NCBI GenBank assembly: GCA_003599625.1
Contig: QZIU01000008.1
Span: 1,690 to 65,689, forward strand
Source of the DNA: Candidatus Parcubacteria bacterium
GTDB taxonomy: Bacteria; Patescibacteriota; Minisyncoccia; UBA9983
Length of the DNA stretch: 64,000 nucleotides
Direction: 5' to 3'
The notes under the pieces are model-generated. The model had not been told where the DNA came from. It saw only the letters and a list, made by a program, of their open reading frames with translations, and did no database searches. A program made the translations under genes and the position numbers. Positions 55,871 to 64,000 of the stretch are shown piece after piece. Every line of letters starts with the position of its first letter. The first letter of the stretch is position 1.

Positions 55871-56575
55871 ATGAAAGTTGTTATTTTAGCTGCTGGAGAA
55901 GGAAGAAGGATGCGTCCTATAACGCTTGAAAGACCAAAACCGCTCATTAAAATAAACAACAAGCCTATTCTCTCTCATATCCTTGAATCTCTTCCAAAGG
56001 AAGTAGAAGAAGTTGTGCTGGTTGTAAGGTATCTGGCTGAAAAAATTAAAAATTTTTTTGGCAGAGAATTCATGGATCGTAAAATAAGTTATGCTGCCGG
56101 TTCTCCTCTGGGGACCGCTCATAGTTTCCTGGCGGCAAGTAAATCCATCGGAAGAGAAGAAAGATTCTTGGCACTCTATGGTGACGAGTTGGTTTTAAAA
56201 GAGGATATAGAAAATTGCCTCAAAGAAAGATTTTCTGTAATAGTTTTTAAATCGGAAAAACCATGGGCGGGTGGAGTCGCGAAGATTGATCAAAGCGGCT
56301 ATCTGATAAATATTGAGGAGAAACCGGAGAATCCATCCTCTGATATGGTGGCAGGCGGAATAATGGTTATTGACGGAGGAATTTTTGAGTGTGAGGCTGC
56401 AAGGGGAGCAAAAGGGGAGTATTATCTATCAGCTTTGCTGGCTCAGTTTGCCAAAAAAAAGAAAGTAAAAGCTGTTATTTCAGAAGAATTTTTAGGGGAC
56501 ATAACAACCCCTGAAGATATTAAAAGAATAGAATTGAAGATGAAATTGAGAGAACTAAGAAAGGAGGAAGCATGA
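55871..56575 (+). CDS. Sugar-1-phosphate nucleotidyltransferase (HddC-like by context)
   Basis: LAAGEGRRMRP...PKPL. Confidence 0.88.
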   Translation: MKVVILAAGEGRRMRPITLERPKPLIKINNKPILSHILESLPKEVEEVVLVVRYLAEKIKNFFGREFMDRKISYAAGSPLGTAHSFLAASKSIGREERFLALYGDELVLKEDIENCLKERFSVIVFKSEKPWAGGVAKIDQSGYLINIEEKPENPSSDMVAGGIMVIDGGIFECEAARGAKGEYYLSALLAQFAKKKKVKAVISEEFLGDITTPEDIKRIELKMKLRELRKEEA

Positions 56576-57543
56576 TTATTACAAAAACGCCATTCCGTAT
56601 CTCTTTGGGAGGCGGGGGAACGGATCTACCTTCCTATTGCAGGAATTTCGGCGGGTTTATATTTGGCGTAGCCATCAATCTTTACTTTAAAGTTTTTGTC
56701 ACAAAACCTGTGATAGATGAGGATGTGCATGTTAGATATTCCCAATATGAGGCGGTGGCACATCATTGTGATCTTAAGCACAATATCAGCAGAGAGTCGC
56801 TAAAAATGCTAGGCGTTTCAGCCAATATAGACATTACTTTCCAAAGCGATACGCCGGCAGGGACCGGACTTGGCTCTTCTGGAAGTTGCGCCGTCGGTCT
56901 TTTAAATGCTCTTCATTGCTTTAAAGAAAGACCCGTCTCTCAGGAAAAATTGGCCCAAGAAGCTTTCAAGGTTACGCAGAATCTTGGTTGGCCTGACGGA
57001 GCTCAAGATCCTTATCTAGCTGCGTTAGGAGGCTTTGTTGTACTGGAGATCGATAAAAGTAATAATGTTACTTTCTATCACCCTGAGATTGCGGAAGAAA
57101 CGGTTAAAAGATTTCTGAATCAAACACTGCTTTTCTATACGGGGGTCAGGAGAAATAGCGCTGATGTCTTAGGGCAGCAGGACCGAAAAAAAGCCATCGA
57201 GGCAAAGCATATAACCAAAGAGATTGGTCTTGATATCTTAAAAAATTTCGAATTGGGAGATTTAGATCGATTTGGGGTTAATATGCGCAAACATTGGGCG
57301 CTTAAAAAGCAGATGTCAAGCAACATAAGCTCGGATTATTTTGACAGTATTTACGACCTGGCCATAAAAAATGGCGCTATGGGCGGAAAATTAATAGGAG
57401 CGGGCGGGGGAGGATATTTCCTTTTTTACTGCTCTGGAGAAAAGATTGGCGGAGTAAAAAAAATATTGTCTGAAAACGGGTTAAGACAGGTAGCTTTTGG
57501 GATTGATTATCAAGGCACGAGATTTTTGGACGTTGATTTTTGA
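56572..57543 (+). CDS. hddA: D-glycero-alpha-D-manno-heptose-7-phosphate kinase (GHMP)
   Basis: TPFRISLGGGGTD, GTGLGSSG, GAGGGGY. Confidence 0.88.
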   Translation: MIITKTPFRISLGGGGTDLPSYCRNFGGFIFGVAINLYFKVFVTKPVIDEDVHVRYSQYEAVAHHCDLKHNISRESLKMLGVSANIDITFQSDTPAGTGLGSSGSCAVGLLNALHCFKERPVSQEKLAQEAFKVTQNLGWPDGAQDPYLAALGGFVVLEIDKSNNVTFYHPEIAEETVKRFLNQTLLFYTGVRRNSADVLGQQDRKKAIEAKHITKEIGLDILKNFELGDLDRFGVNMRKHWALKKQMSSNISSDYFDSIYDLAIKNGAMGGKLIGAGGGGYFLFYCSGEKIGGVKKILSENGLRQVAFGIDYQGTRFLDVDF

Positions 57544-57567
57544 AAATTACAGAAAGGAAGACGCAAT

Positions 57568-58176
57568 ATGACGAATAAATACATTCTAAAATACTGTTCT
57601 GAATCTGTCGCTTGTATTATGGACTTAAAAAAATGCGCCGCAAAAATTGACCAGATAGTTGAAAATCTTTCTGATGCGTGGAAAAAAAGAAGAAATGTTT
57701 TTGTCATAGGGAATGGAGGATCGGCTTCTACGGCAACTCATTTTGCGGCAGATTTGATGAAGACAACAACAGATTCACCTTCAGGTGCTGGCATAAAAGC
57801 TATTTCTTTGGACAATGTTCCTTTAAATAGCGCGATCATAAACGACTGGGGGAAAGAACAACTCTTTTTTTGTCAACTGAATGCGTTATTTAATCCGGAG
57901 GATTTACTTGTTGTTTTTAGCGTGCATGGCGGCGCGGGCAGTGACAAAGCTGGCTTGTGGTCTCAAAATCTTGTTCAAGCTATTAATTTTGCAAAAGATA
58001 AAAGAGGCTTGACGATCGGATTTTCCGGGTTTGACGGCGGAATAATGGCAAAGATTTGCGACATATCCTTGGTGGTTCCTGTTAATTCCACGCCATTGGT
58101 AGAATCTTTTCATCTTTGGTTGTCACACCTGATCACATTTCGTTTAAAGGAGCTTATGAATGAGAGACAAATGTAG
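57568..58176 (+). CDS. gmhA: Phosphoheptose isomerase (SIS)
   Basis: GNGGSASTATH, ND.G, ESFH. Confidence 0.88.
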   Translation: MTNKYILKYCSESVACIMDLKKCAAKIDQIVENLSDAWKKRRNVFVIGNGGSASTATHFAADLMKTTTDSPSGAGIKAISLDNVPLNSAIINDWGKEQLFFCQLNALFNPEDLLVVFSVHGGAGSDKAGLWSQNLVQAINFAKDKRGLTIGFSGFDGGIMAKICDISLVVPVNSTPLVESFHLWLSHLITFRLKELMNERQM

Positions 58177-58750
58177 AAAGAGAGCTGTTTTTATTGATAG
58201 AGACGGTGTAATCAACAAACTTGTGCATAGGCCTGGAATTGATGTGTGCGGAAGACGAATTTGTTATTCGGCCCCATGGAGTTACAGAGAGCTTGAAATA
58301 TATCAGGAAACAAAGAGTTCCTTAGATGCCTTAGGAAGGTTAAATTTACTCAAATTTCTGGTAACTAATCAGCCTGACATAGGATACGGTTTACTGCCAC
58401 GGGAAGAGCATAATAAAATTATGGCGGACATCTTCGCTCTTGGTTTTGATGATATTTTTATTTGCTTCCACGGAAGGCATGAAAATTGCAATTGCAAAAA
58501 ACCAAAACCTGGAATGCTGATAGAAGCGGCTCGGAAATGGAATATAGACCTGGGGAATTCTTATATGGTTGGCGATTCTGTTTCTGACATGGAGGCCGGT
58601 AAGTCTGTCGGATGTAAGACTTTGCTCGTAAGCGATTCTTTGAAGACAATTTGCAATAAATATGATTTTGTTGCGAAAAATATTTTGGAGGTGGCAAGGA
58701 TTATAGAGAAGAACGAAAGGAGAAAGAGAAACGATGGAAATTTTTATTGA
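58160..58750 (+). CDS. gmhB: Heptose-1,7-bisphosphate phosphatase (HAD)
   Basis: DRDGVIN, VTNQ, C.H....CNCKKPKPGM, MVGD. Confidence 0.9.
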   Translation: MRDKCRKRAVFIDRDGVINKLVHRPGIDVCGRRICYSAPWSYRELEIYQETKSSLDALGRLNLLKFLVTNQPDIGYGLLPREEHNKIMADIFALGFDDIFICFHGRHENCNCKKPKPGMLIEAARKWNIDLGNSYMVGDSVSDMEAGKSVGCKTLLVSDSLKTICNKYDFVAKNILEVARIIEKNERRKRNDGNFY

Positions 58751-59468
58751 TTCGGCCAATCTTGAAGAGATAGAAGAGGCTCTTAAGCGAGGGTTTATAA
58801 GAGGCATTACAACGAATCCTTCAATTGTCGCGAAAGAAGAAAAAACGGACTTTAATTCATTGTTAATTAAGATAGGAGAGCTGATTAAAAAATACAGGCC
58901 AAATACTCACTTGAGCATTGAAGTTTTTTCAAAAGTACCTGAAGAAATTGAGAGACAGGCTAAGGAGTTTCAAAAAATTCTTAATCTGCCGGAACTAAGC
59001 ATCAAAGTGCACATTGGTTGGGACGAACTTGAGATCATTAGAAAATTGGCAAAGGATGGTTTTAGTGTTAATTGCACGTGTTGCATGACAGTAACTCAGG
59101 CCATTATGGCCGCTGCCGCCGGATCAAAGTATGTTTCTCTTTTTTGGGGAAGGATACGGGATGGAGGTCAAGATGAAAACTTCAAAGAAGAGAGGGATAA
59201 AGTTATAAAAGAAAAAACTTTAAGAGAAGAAGATTTTGATCCTGCTCTCGTTGTGAAGAAAGTCAAAAAATTTCTAACGCAAAATTATTCAGAAACTAAA
59301 TTAATAATCGGAAGCATTCGCTCTGCCTCTGATATTATGGATGCGGGCTTTTGCGGAGCGGATATTGTCACGATTCCTCCGAAATTATTTCCGGGAATGA
59401 TTAATCACTTTAAAACAGATGAAGTGATTAATCAGTTTTTGACTGATTTTCAAGCCTGGTTAAAGTGA
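58734..59468 (+). CDS. Transaldolase (short TalC/FSA type)
   Basis: IFIDSA, GITTNPS, SIKV, VNCT, GSIR, TIPP. Confidence 0.9.
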   Translation: MEIFIDSANLEEIEEALKRGFIRGITTNPSIVAKEEKTDFNSLLIKIGELIKKYRPNTHLSIEVFSKVPEEIERQAKEFQKILNLPELSIKVHIGWDELEIIRKLAKDGFSVNCTCCMTVTQAIMAAAAGSKYVSLFWGRIRDGGQDENFKEERDKVIKEKTLREEDFDPALVVKKVKKFLTQNYSETKLIIGSIRSASDIMDAGFCGADIVTIPPKLFPGMINHFKTDEVINQFLTDFQAWLK

Positions 59469-59471
59469 ACA

Positions 59472-59510
59472 AAAAGGCAGGATTTGTTGCAAATTCCTGC
59501 CTTTTGCTTT
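59472..59510 (+). terminator. Intrinsic terminator
   Basis: aaaaggcagga...tcctgccttttgcttt. Confidence 0.8.
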
Positions 59511-59521
59511 ATCTTTAAACA

Positions 59522-60454
59522 ATGATATCCATTATTTTCCCCGCGTACAATGAAGAAGATAATGTCAATTTGCTTCATGCCAGAATAAAAGAAGCCATGG
59601 TCTCTGTTGGTATGGAATATGAAATCATAGCGGTTGACAACGGATCTACCGACGGCACGCTTCGGAAACTAAAAGAACTATCTCCTATAAAGATAATTGA
59701 AATAGCAAAAAATATAAATCAAACAACCGGAATAGATGCCGGAATTAAAAATGCCGAAGGTGATATAATTATATTGATAGATGGGGACAGGCAAAATGAT
59801 CCAGCTGATATTCCGAAACTTTTGAATAAGCTCAATGAAGGTTTTGACATAGTTTCGGGGTGGCGTCTTAAAAGAGAAGATATTTGGTTAAGAAGATTTG
59901 TTTCATTGTTGGCAAACTGGATTACATATAAAATGACCGGGCTTCGTTTGCATGATTATGGTTGCGCTTTAAAAGCTTACAGGAAAGATATTCTAAATAA
60001 TATATCATTGTATGGAGAAACTCACGCTTTTCTTCCGGCCATTCTCTTTATGAAAGGTGCGATGGTTGCAGAAATACCAGTAAATCATTTTCCAAGAATA
60101 AATGGGAAATCAAAAGTAAAATTTTCCGGATTATTTAAAAATATTGGGGATTTGCTGTCTGTTGTTTTTTTACAGAAACACATGAGGAGGCCGTTGGTTT
60201 TTTTCGGCACTTGGGGAATAACGAGCATCTTTTTAGGAATTATTGCCGCGATTGCCGCGATTGCCTTAAAAATTCTTCAAGTGAGAAATTTGGCCCAAAC
60301 TCCCTTGCCCGTAATAGCTTCACTTTTTTTTATTATGGGTTTCATATTTTTTATGTGGGGTTTTTTAGGGGAAATGATGGCAAAAATCTATTTTGAAGGG
60401 AAGGACAGGACCCCTTACCTTATAAGAAGAATAACAAAAATCAGCTCTTCTTAA
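59522..60454 (+). CDS. GT2 undecaprenyl-phosphate glycosyltransferase (ArnC/GtrB-like)
   Basis: PAYNEE, DGDRQNDP, VSGWR, DYGC, two C-terminal TMs. Confidence 0.92.
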   Translation: MISIIFPAYNEEDNVNLLHARIKEAMVSVGMEYEIIAVDNGSTDGTLRKLKELSPIKIIEIAKNINQTTGIDAGIKNAEGDIIILIDGDRQNDPADIPKLLNKLNEGFDIVSGWRLKREDIWLRRFVSLLANWITYKMTGLRLHDYGCALKAYRKDILNNISLYGETHAFLPAILFMKGAMVAEIPVNHFPRINGKSKVKFSGLFKNIGDLLSVVFLQKHMRRPLVFFGTWGITSIFLGIIAAIAAIALKILQVRNLAQTPLPVIASLFFIMGFIFFMWGFLGEMMAKIYFEGKDRTPYLIRRITKISSS

Positions 60455-60464
60455 GAAGAGCTGA
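60441..60464. terminator. Perfect 24-bp palindrome between convergent genes
   Basis: tcagctcttcttaagaagagctga. Confidence 0.55.
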
Positions 60465-60477
60465 TGGGCTTAATAAC

Positions 60478-61479
60478 TTAGATTATTTTTCTTGAGAGAA
60501 TTGATTGTTTTGTTCTTAAGGCCATTTCAAGCACAGTTTTACCTTGTTCCAAATCCACCAGCTCCTCTGCCTTCCCTGAAAGTGCTTTAAGAAAATGCGA
60601 CATTATTTCAATGTACATCATATTTCTTTCATAGCCAGCTGGCTCATTAATAATTTCTTCATTGCCTTCCATTGGTATAATCTTAGCTTCCTTTTTGAAA
60701 TAATCCCAACGGATTCTCCCTTTTGCCCCTGTGATTTCTATGAATCTGCTCGGCGGTTTTTTGAAATAATCCACATGAAGGGAAGCGATGACGCCGTTTG
60801 GAAATTGCATAATGCTTTTTGCCATATCCTCAACTTCAATATCAAGATTGCTTAGTTTCCCTCCAGTCGCAAAAATCCATTCCGATTTGCCGAATAGAGA
60901 ATAAAGCATATCAAGTTCATGGCTTTGAGTCAGAACCACACCTCCGCCAAGATCTTCACGGCTAGCATATGACGCGCGGTAGTCTTCCCAGGGATGCCAA
61001 TCAGTTAATCTTTCCGCCATTTCCATGTGGACGCATAAGACTTTGCCAATCCTCTCCTCGTTTAACCATTTTTGGATTTGCTTAAACAGGGGATGAAAAC
61101 GTAGTTGATAAGCAACAAAAACTTTCAATCTCTTCCTTTCCGTAATTTTCTTTAGGTCGTCCACTTTTTCCAATGAATGCGATATTGGTTTTTCCAAAAA
61201 AATATGACATCCTGCTTGTGCCGCGGTTATGGCCATAGGAATGTGAAGAGAAGTGGGGTTTGTTATTATTGCCGCTGTCGGTTTTTCTTTTAATGCGTCA
61301 TCAATAGAGTAGAATACTGGATGTTTGCCGCCGTGTTCGGATAAAACTTTGTCTCCGAAGTTTTTTGTTCCCTTGCCGGTTCGGTAAATAAGAATGTCTT
61401 CACATTTTACACCCAGCTTTTCCAAGTTTTCCAAGTGCCTTTTTCCGATACTTCCCAGTCCGCAGATTAAAAATTTCAT
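60478..61479 (-). CDS. Gfo/Idh/MocA oxidoreductase
   Basis: GLGSIGKRH, EKP, GGG...SHELD. Confidence 0.92.
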   Translation of the reverse strand: MKFLICGLGSIGKRHLENLEKLGVKCEDILIYRTGKGTKNFGDKVLSEHGGKHPVFYSIDDALKEKPTAAIITNPTSLHIPMAITAAQAGCHIFLEKPISHSLEKVDDLKKITERKRLKVFVAYQLRFHPLFKQIQKWLNEERIGKVLCVHMEMAERLTDWHPWEDYRASYASREDLGGGVVLTQSHELDMLYSLFGKSEWIFATGGKLSNLDIEVEDMAKSIMQFPNGVIASLHVDYFKKPPSRFIEITGAKGRIRWDYFKKEAKIIPMEGNEEIINEPAGYERNMMYIEIMSHFLKALSGKAEELVDLEQGKTVLEMALRTKQSILSRKII

Positions 61480-61506
61480 TTTTTTCTCCTTGAATTAATT
61501 TGTTTT

Positions 61507-62331
61507 TTACCAAACAGTTTGTCCGCCGTCTGCCGTTACAATACTGCCAGTGATAAAAGAGGAAGCATCTGAACAGAGGAAAAGAATCAATCCGTTGTAT
61601 TCATCCGGCTTTGCAGGCCGCCCTAACATGTTTCTTTGACCTAATTTGGCCAAAAATTCCGGTTCCATTGATCCGAAATTAACGGCTCCCAGGCATACGG
61701 AATTTACTCGCACATTTGGAGCAGTGGAAGCAAAATAAGCCGCCCAACTTCTCGTTAAACCCAACAATGCTGTTTTTACCACCGGGTAAGCAGCCGATTT
61801 AAATTTGCCTTTCTCATACTTCCGATGGTCTGGAGCTGTGATTGCCGAAGTGGAAGCAATGTTAAGTATAATCCCGCTGTTTTGTCTTATCATGTGGCGA
61901 GCTGAGGCTTGGGTGCAATACATTGCGCCGTTTAGACCGATATCAAATTCTTTAAGCCATAAACTTTGCGGGTAGTCTTCATGAGGAAGCCAACATTCGC
62001 TTCCTGTTGAATCAGCATCTTTGCCCACCTTTGGATTAAAAGCGGCATTATTAATAAGAATATCCACTGAACCGTATTTTTGTTCAACAATATCAGTGGC
62101 TCGGAAAACATCATCTTTTTTGGTAATGTCAACTTTTTCTTGTTGAATATTCTTACCCAAAGCGTTGTTTATGACCACATCAAAAGAAACGACATTAGCC
62201 CCTGCTTTTTTAAGGGCTGTGACATATTGAACACCTAGTCTTCCTGCCCCACCTGTTATGATGGCAGTCATACCTTGGAGAGAAAACAAATTTGCAATGA
62301 AATCCCTGTCCAATTTTTTATTTAATGCCAT
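61507..62331 (-). CDS. Short-chain dehydrogenase/reductase
   Basis: TGGAGRLG, NNAA, YPVVK, DGG. Confidence 0.92.
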   Translation of the reverse strand: MALNKKLDRDFIANLFSLQGMTAIITGGAGRLGVQYVTALKKAGANVVSFDVVINNALGKNIQQEKVDITKKDDVFRATDIVEQKYGSVDILINNAAFNPKVGKDADSTGSECWLPHEDYPQSLWLKEFDIGLNGAMYCTQASARHMIRQNSGIILNIASTSAITAPDHRKYEKGKFKSAAYPVVKTALLGLTRSWAAYFASTAPNVRVNSVCLGAVNFGSMEPEFLAKLGQRNMLGRPAKPDEYNGLILFLCSDASSFITGSIVTADGGQTVW

Positions 62332-62346
62332 TCTTAGTCTCCTTTC

Positions 62347-63150
62347 CTAAATTTGCGTCAGTATTGAATTAATGTAATTAAAGTATCTTGAATTTAAATC
62401 AAAGTCGTTTACTTTATTCTGTCTTGCCCCATGAATTATCATCGGGCCGCTAAATCTAATTTCCTTAAGAGCTTGTAAAGTTTTCTGGAAATCTACGCAC
62501 CCAGTGCCAATAGGCACTGTCTCTCCTTTGTTGGCCAATCTGTCTTTGATATGAATGCCAAAAATCATTTTGTTGATCTTAAGAATTTCCGCCGCCGTGT
62601 CCGCCCCTATGCTTGCCATATTGCCGATGTCGTAATAAGAACCCACGAAAGAGGAATCAAAGGAATTGATTATTTCCAATAGGTCATCTGCCATTAGTTC
62701 TGTTTCTATTCCTAATCTAACACCCGTTTTTTCACAGGTGTCCAAGCAAGAGCTTATCAAACGCGCCGCATCCTTTTTTACCGATAAATCGGTGAGAAGA
62801 TTGTTATGGAAAAAAGGGATAAGCACTGTTTTTGCGCCAATCATTGCTGCTTGCTTAATAAGGTGATTAAGAGTCTCAGGATAATCAGTTGATCTTAAAA
62901 AAAATCCGTGTACTGAATCAATCTCGATACCTGAGGCATCTGCTATGTCCTTAATTTTCGTTACTCCTTTTTGTTCCATGAATGGATTGTTTTTGATTGT
63001 ATGATCGTTCTTAATCAGTAACTCAACATGGCTAAAGCCGATCCCTTTGGCAAGTCTAAATTCATTTTGCCAATTATCTGTCGGAAAAAACTGTATTCCT
63101 CTGCCGTTTGACGGGGTCAATCTTCCTTGCAAAATTCCTATTTTTAACAT
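62347..63150 (-). CDS. Sugar-phosphate isomerase/epimerase (xylose-isomerase-like TIM barrel)
   Basis: GILQGRL, YDIGN, IHIKDR, GTGCVDF. Confidence 0.88.
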   Translation of the reverse strand: MLKIGILQGRLTPSNGRGIQFFPTDNWQNEFRLAKGIGFSHVELLIKNDHTIKNNPFMEQKGVTKIKDIADASGIEIDSVHGFFLRSTDYPETLNHLIKQAAMIGAKTVLIPFFHNNLLTDLSVKKDAARLISSCLDTCEKTGVRLGIETELMADDLLEIINSFDSSFVGSYYDIGNMASIGADTAAEILKINKMIFGIHIKDRLANKGETVPIGTGCVDFQKTLQALKEIRFSGPMIIHGARQNKVNDFDLNSRYFNYINSILTQI

Positions 63151-63262
63151 TAAGATTACTCTCCTTTCTCTAAGAATTTATTATTAACTTGTTAAAATAC
63201 ATGATATAATACTGATACTTAATAACATTATTTCCTTAATCAGTCAAATTATAAAGAATCGC

Positions 63263-63982
63263 ATGGATTATAAAGATTTTAAGGTGGGATATACCGAAGA
63301 TAGTTTTTGGCTAAAAAGCAAGAAATTTCTGATCGAAAATCTAGCGCAAAAAGTTAGCCATGGTCAAACAAACTTAAGGATTTTAAATATCGGCGCGGGT
63401 ATGGGGGGCGACCTCGAAATTTTGGCAAAGTTTGGACGTAATTATGTTTTAGATGTGGAGGCGGGAGCTGTGGATTCGATTGATGACAATCTTTGCGAAG
63501 AGAAAAAAGTTGCTGATGCCTGCGATATTCCTTACGGAGATAATCTTTTTGATTTGGTCATTGCTTCGGATGTGTTGGAGCACATTAAGGATGACAAGAA
63601 AGCCGTATCTGAAGTCTATAGGGTTTTAAAACATGGAGGAACCTTTATTTTTATGGTGCCCGCCTTCCAGTTCCTTTTTAGCAGCCATGATAAGGCGCTT
63701 GGTCATTATAGGAGATACAGCAAAGAAACTGTAAAAAATTTAATCGGAAATTTCAGAAATCTGAAAATTTTTTATTGGAATTCATTACTTTTACCGCCCA
63801 CATTTATTTTAAGGCTTATGAAGAAAAAGTCGGAGCCCAAGATTGATTATATTGCAATGCCTAATTTCTTAAATTTTTGTTTATTTAAAATAATTTCGAT
63901 AGACAATTTCTTAATTAAAAAGGGAATATCGCCATTTATCGGAATGAGCCTGGTCGGTTACTGTCAGAAGAAACAGTCGTGA
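63263..63982 (+). CDS. Class I SAM-dependent methyltransferase
   Basis: NIGAG, DVLEHI, VPA...S.HD...GHYRRY. Confidence 0.9.
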   Translation: MDYKDFKVGYTEDSFWLKSKKFLIENLAQKVSHGQTNLRILNIGAGMGGDLEILAKFGRNYVLDVEAGAVDSIDDNLCEEKKVADACDIPYGDNLFDLVIASDVLEHIKDDKKAVSEVYRVLKHGGTFIFMVPAFQFLFSSHDKALGHYRRYSKETVKNLIGNFRNLKIFYWNSLLLPPTFILRLMKKKSEPKIDYIAMPNFLNFCLFKIISIDNFLIKKGISPFIGMSLVGYCQKKQS

Positions 63983-64000
63983 ATGTTTTTCTTAAGATTT

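Noticed and set aside
417-62866. Numerous short overlapping or antisense ORFs (e.g. 2503-2928, 7908-8330, 32015-32692)
   Set aside because: They overlap well-supported genes and have no motifs
1-64000. Alternative genetic code (UGA=Gly as in Gracilibacteria/SR1)
   Set aside because: Long genes are intact in the standard code and several end in TGA, including ATGA overlaps

Overview
The window looks like a Patescibacteria (CPR, probably Parcubacteria) chromosome segment; this is inferred from gene content, the missing rplA and the repeat types. It has three parts. (1) 1-9.8 kb is housekeeping: P-type ATPase, RluA, rplS, a tRNA cluster, secE-nusG-rplK without rplA, recA, ftsK and an HTH protein. 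(2) 9.8-20.8 kb is a surface/accessory block: a 1185-aa S-layer-like protein with a long leader, a broken RAYT/Y1 (HUH) transposase, and a secreted lipase-like/LTD/beta-helix protein with a partner gene, punctuated by a DnaA-box-plus-palindrome repeat. (3) 20.7-64 kb is a large AT-rich glycan locus: GT4, GT2 and GT-C transferases, three B12 radical SAM enzymes, one SPASM radical SAM, five methyltransferases, AsnB, a carbamoyltransferase, a heptose pathway with transaldolase, Wzx and an AbiE toxin-antitoxin pair. The most striking observations are a complete tRNA-Pro(CGG) nested, on a 14-bp closing stem, inside the anticodon loop of a second tRNA-Pro gene, and a hierarchy of miniature palindromic elements (20/21, 36 and 66-68 bp). 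These elements insert precisely into each other, into that tRNA and in frame into proteins, alongside in-frame heptamer arrays. All calls come from motif reading by eye; no database searches were run.
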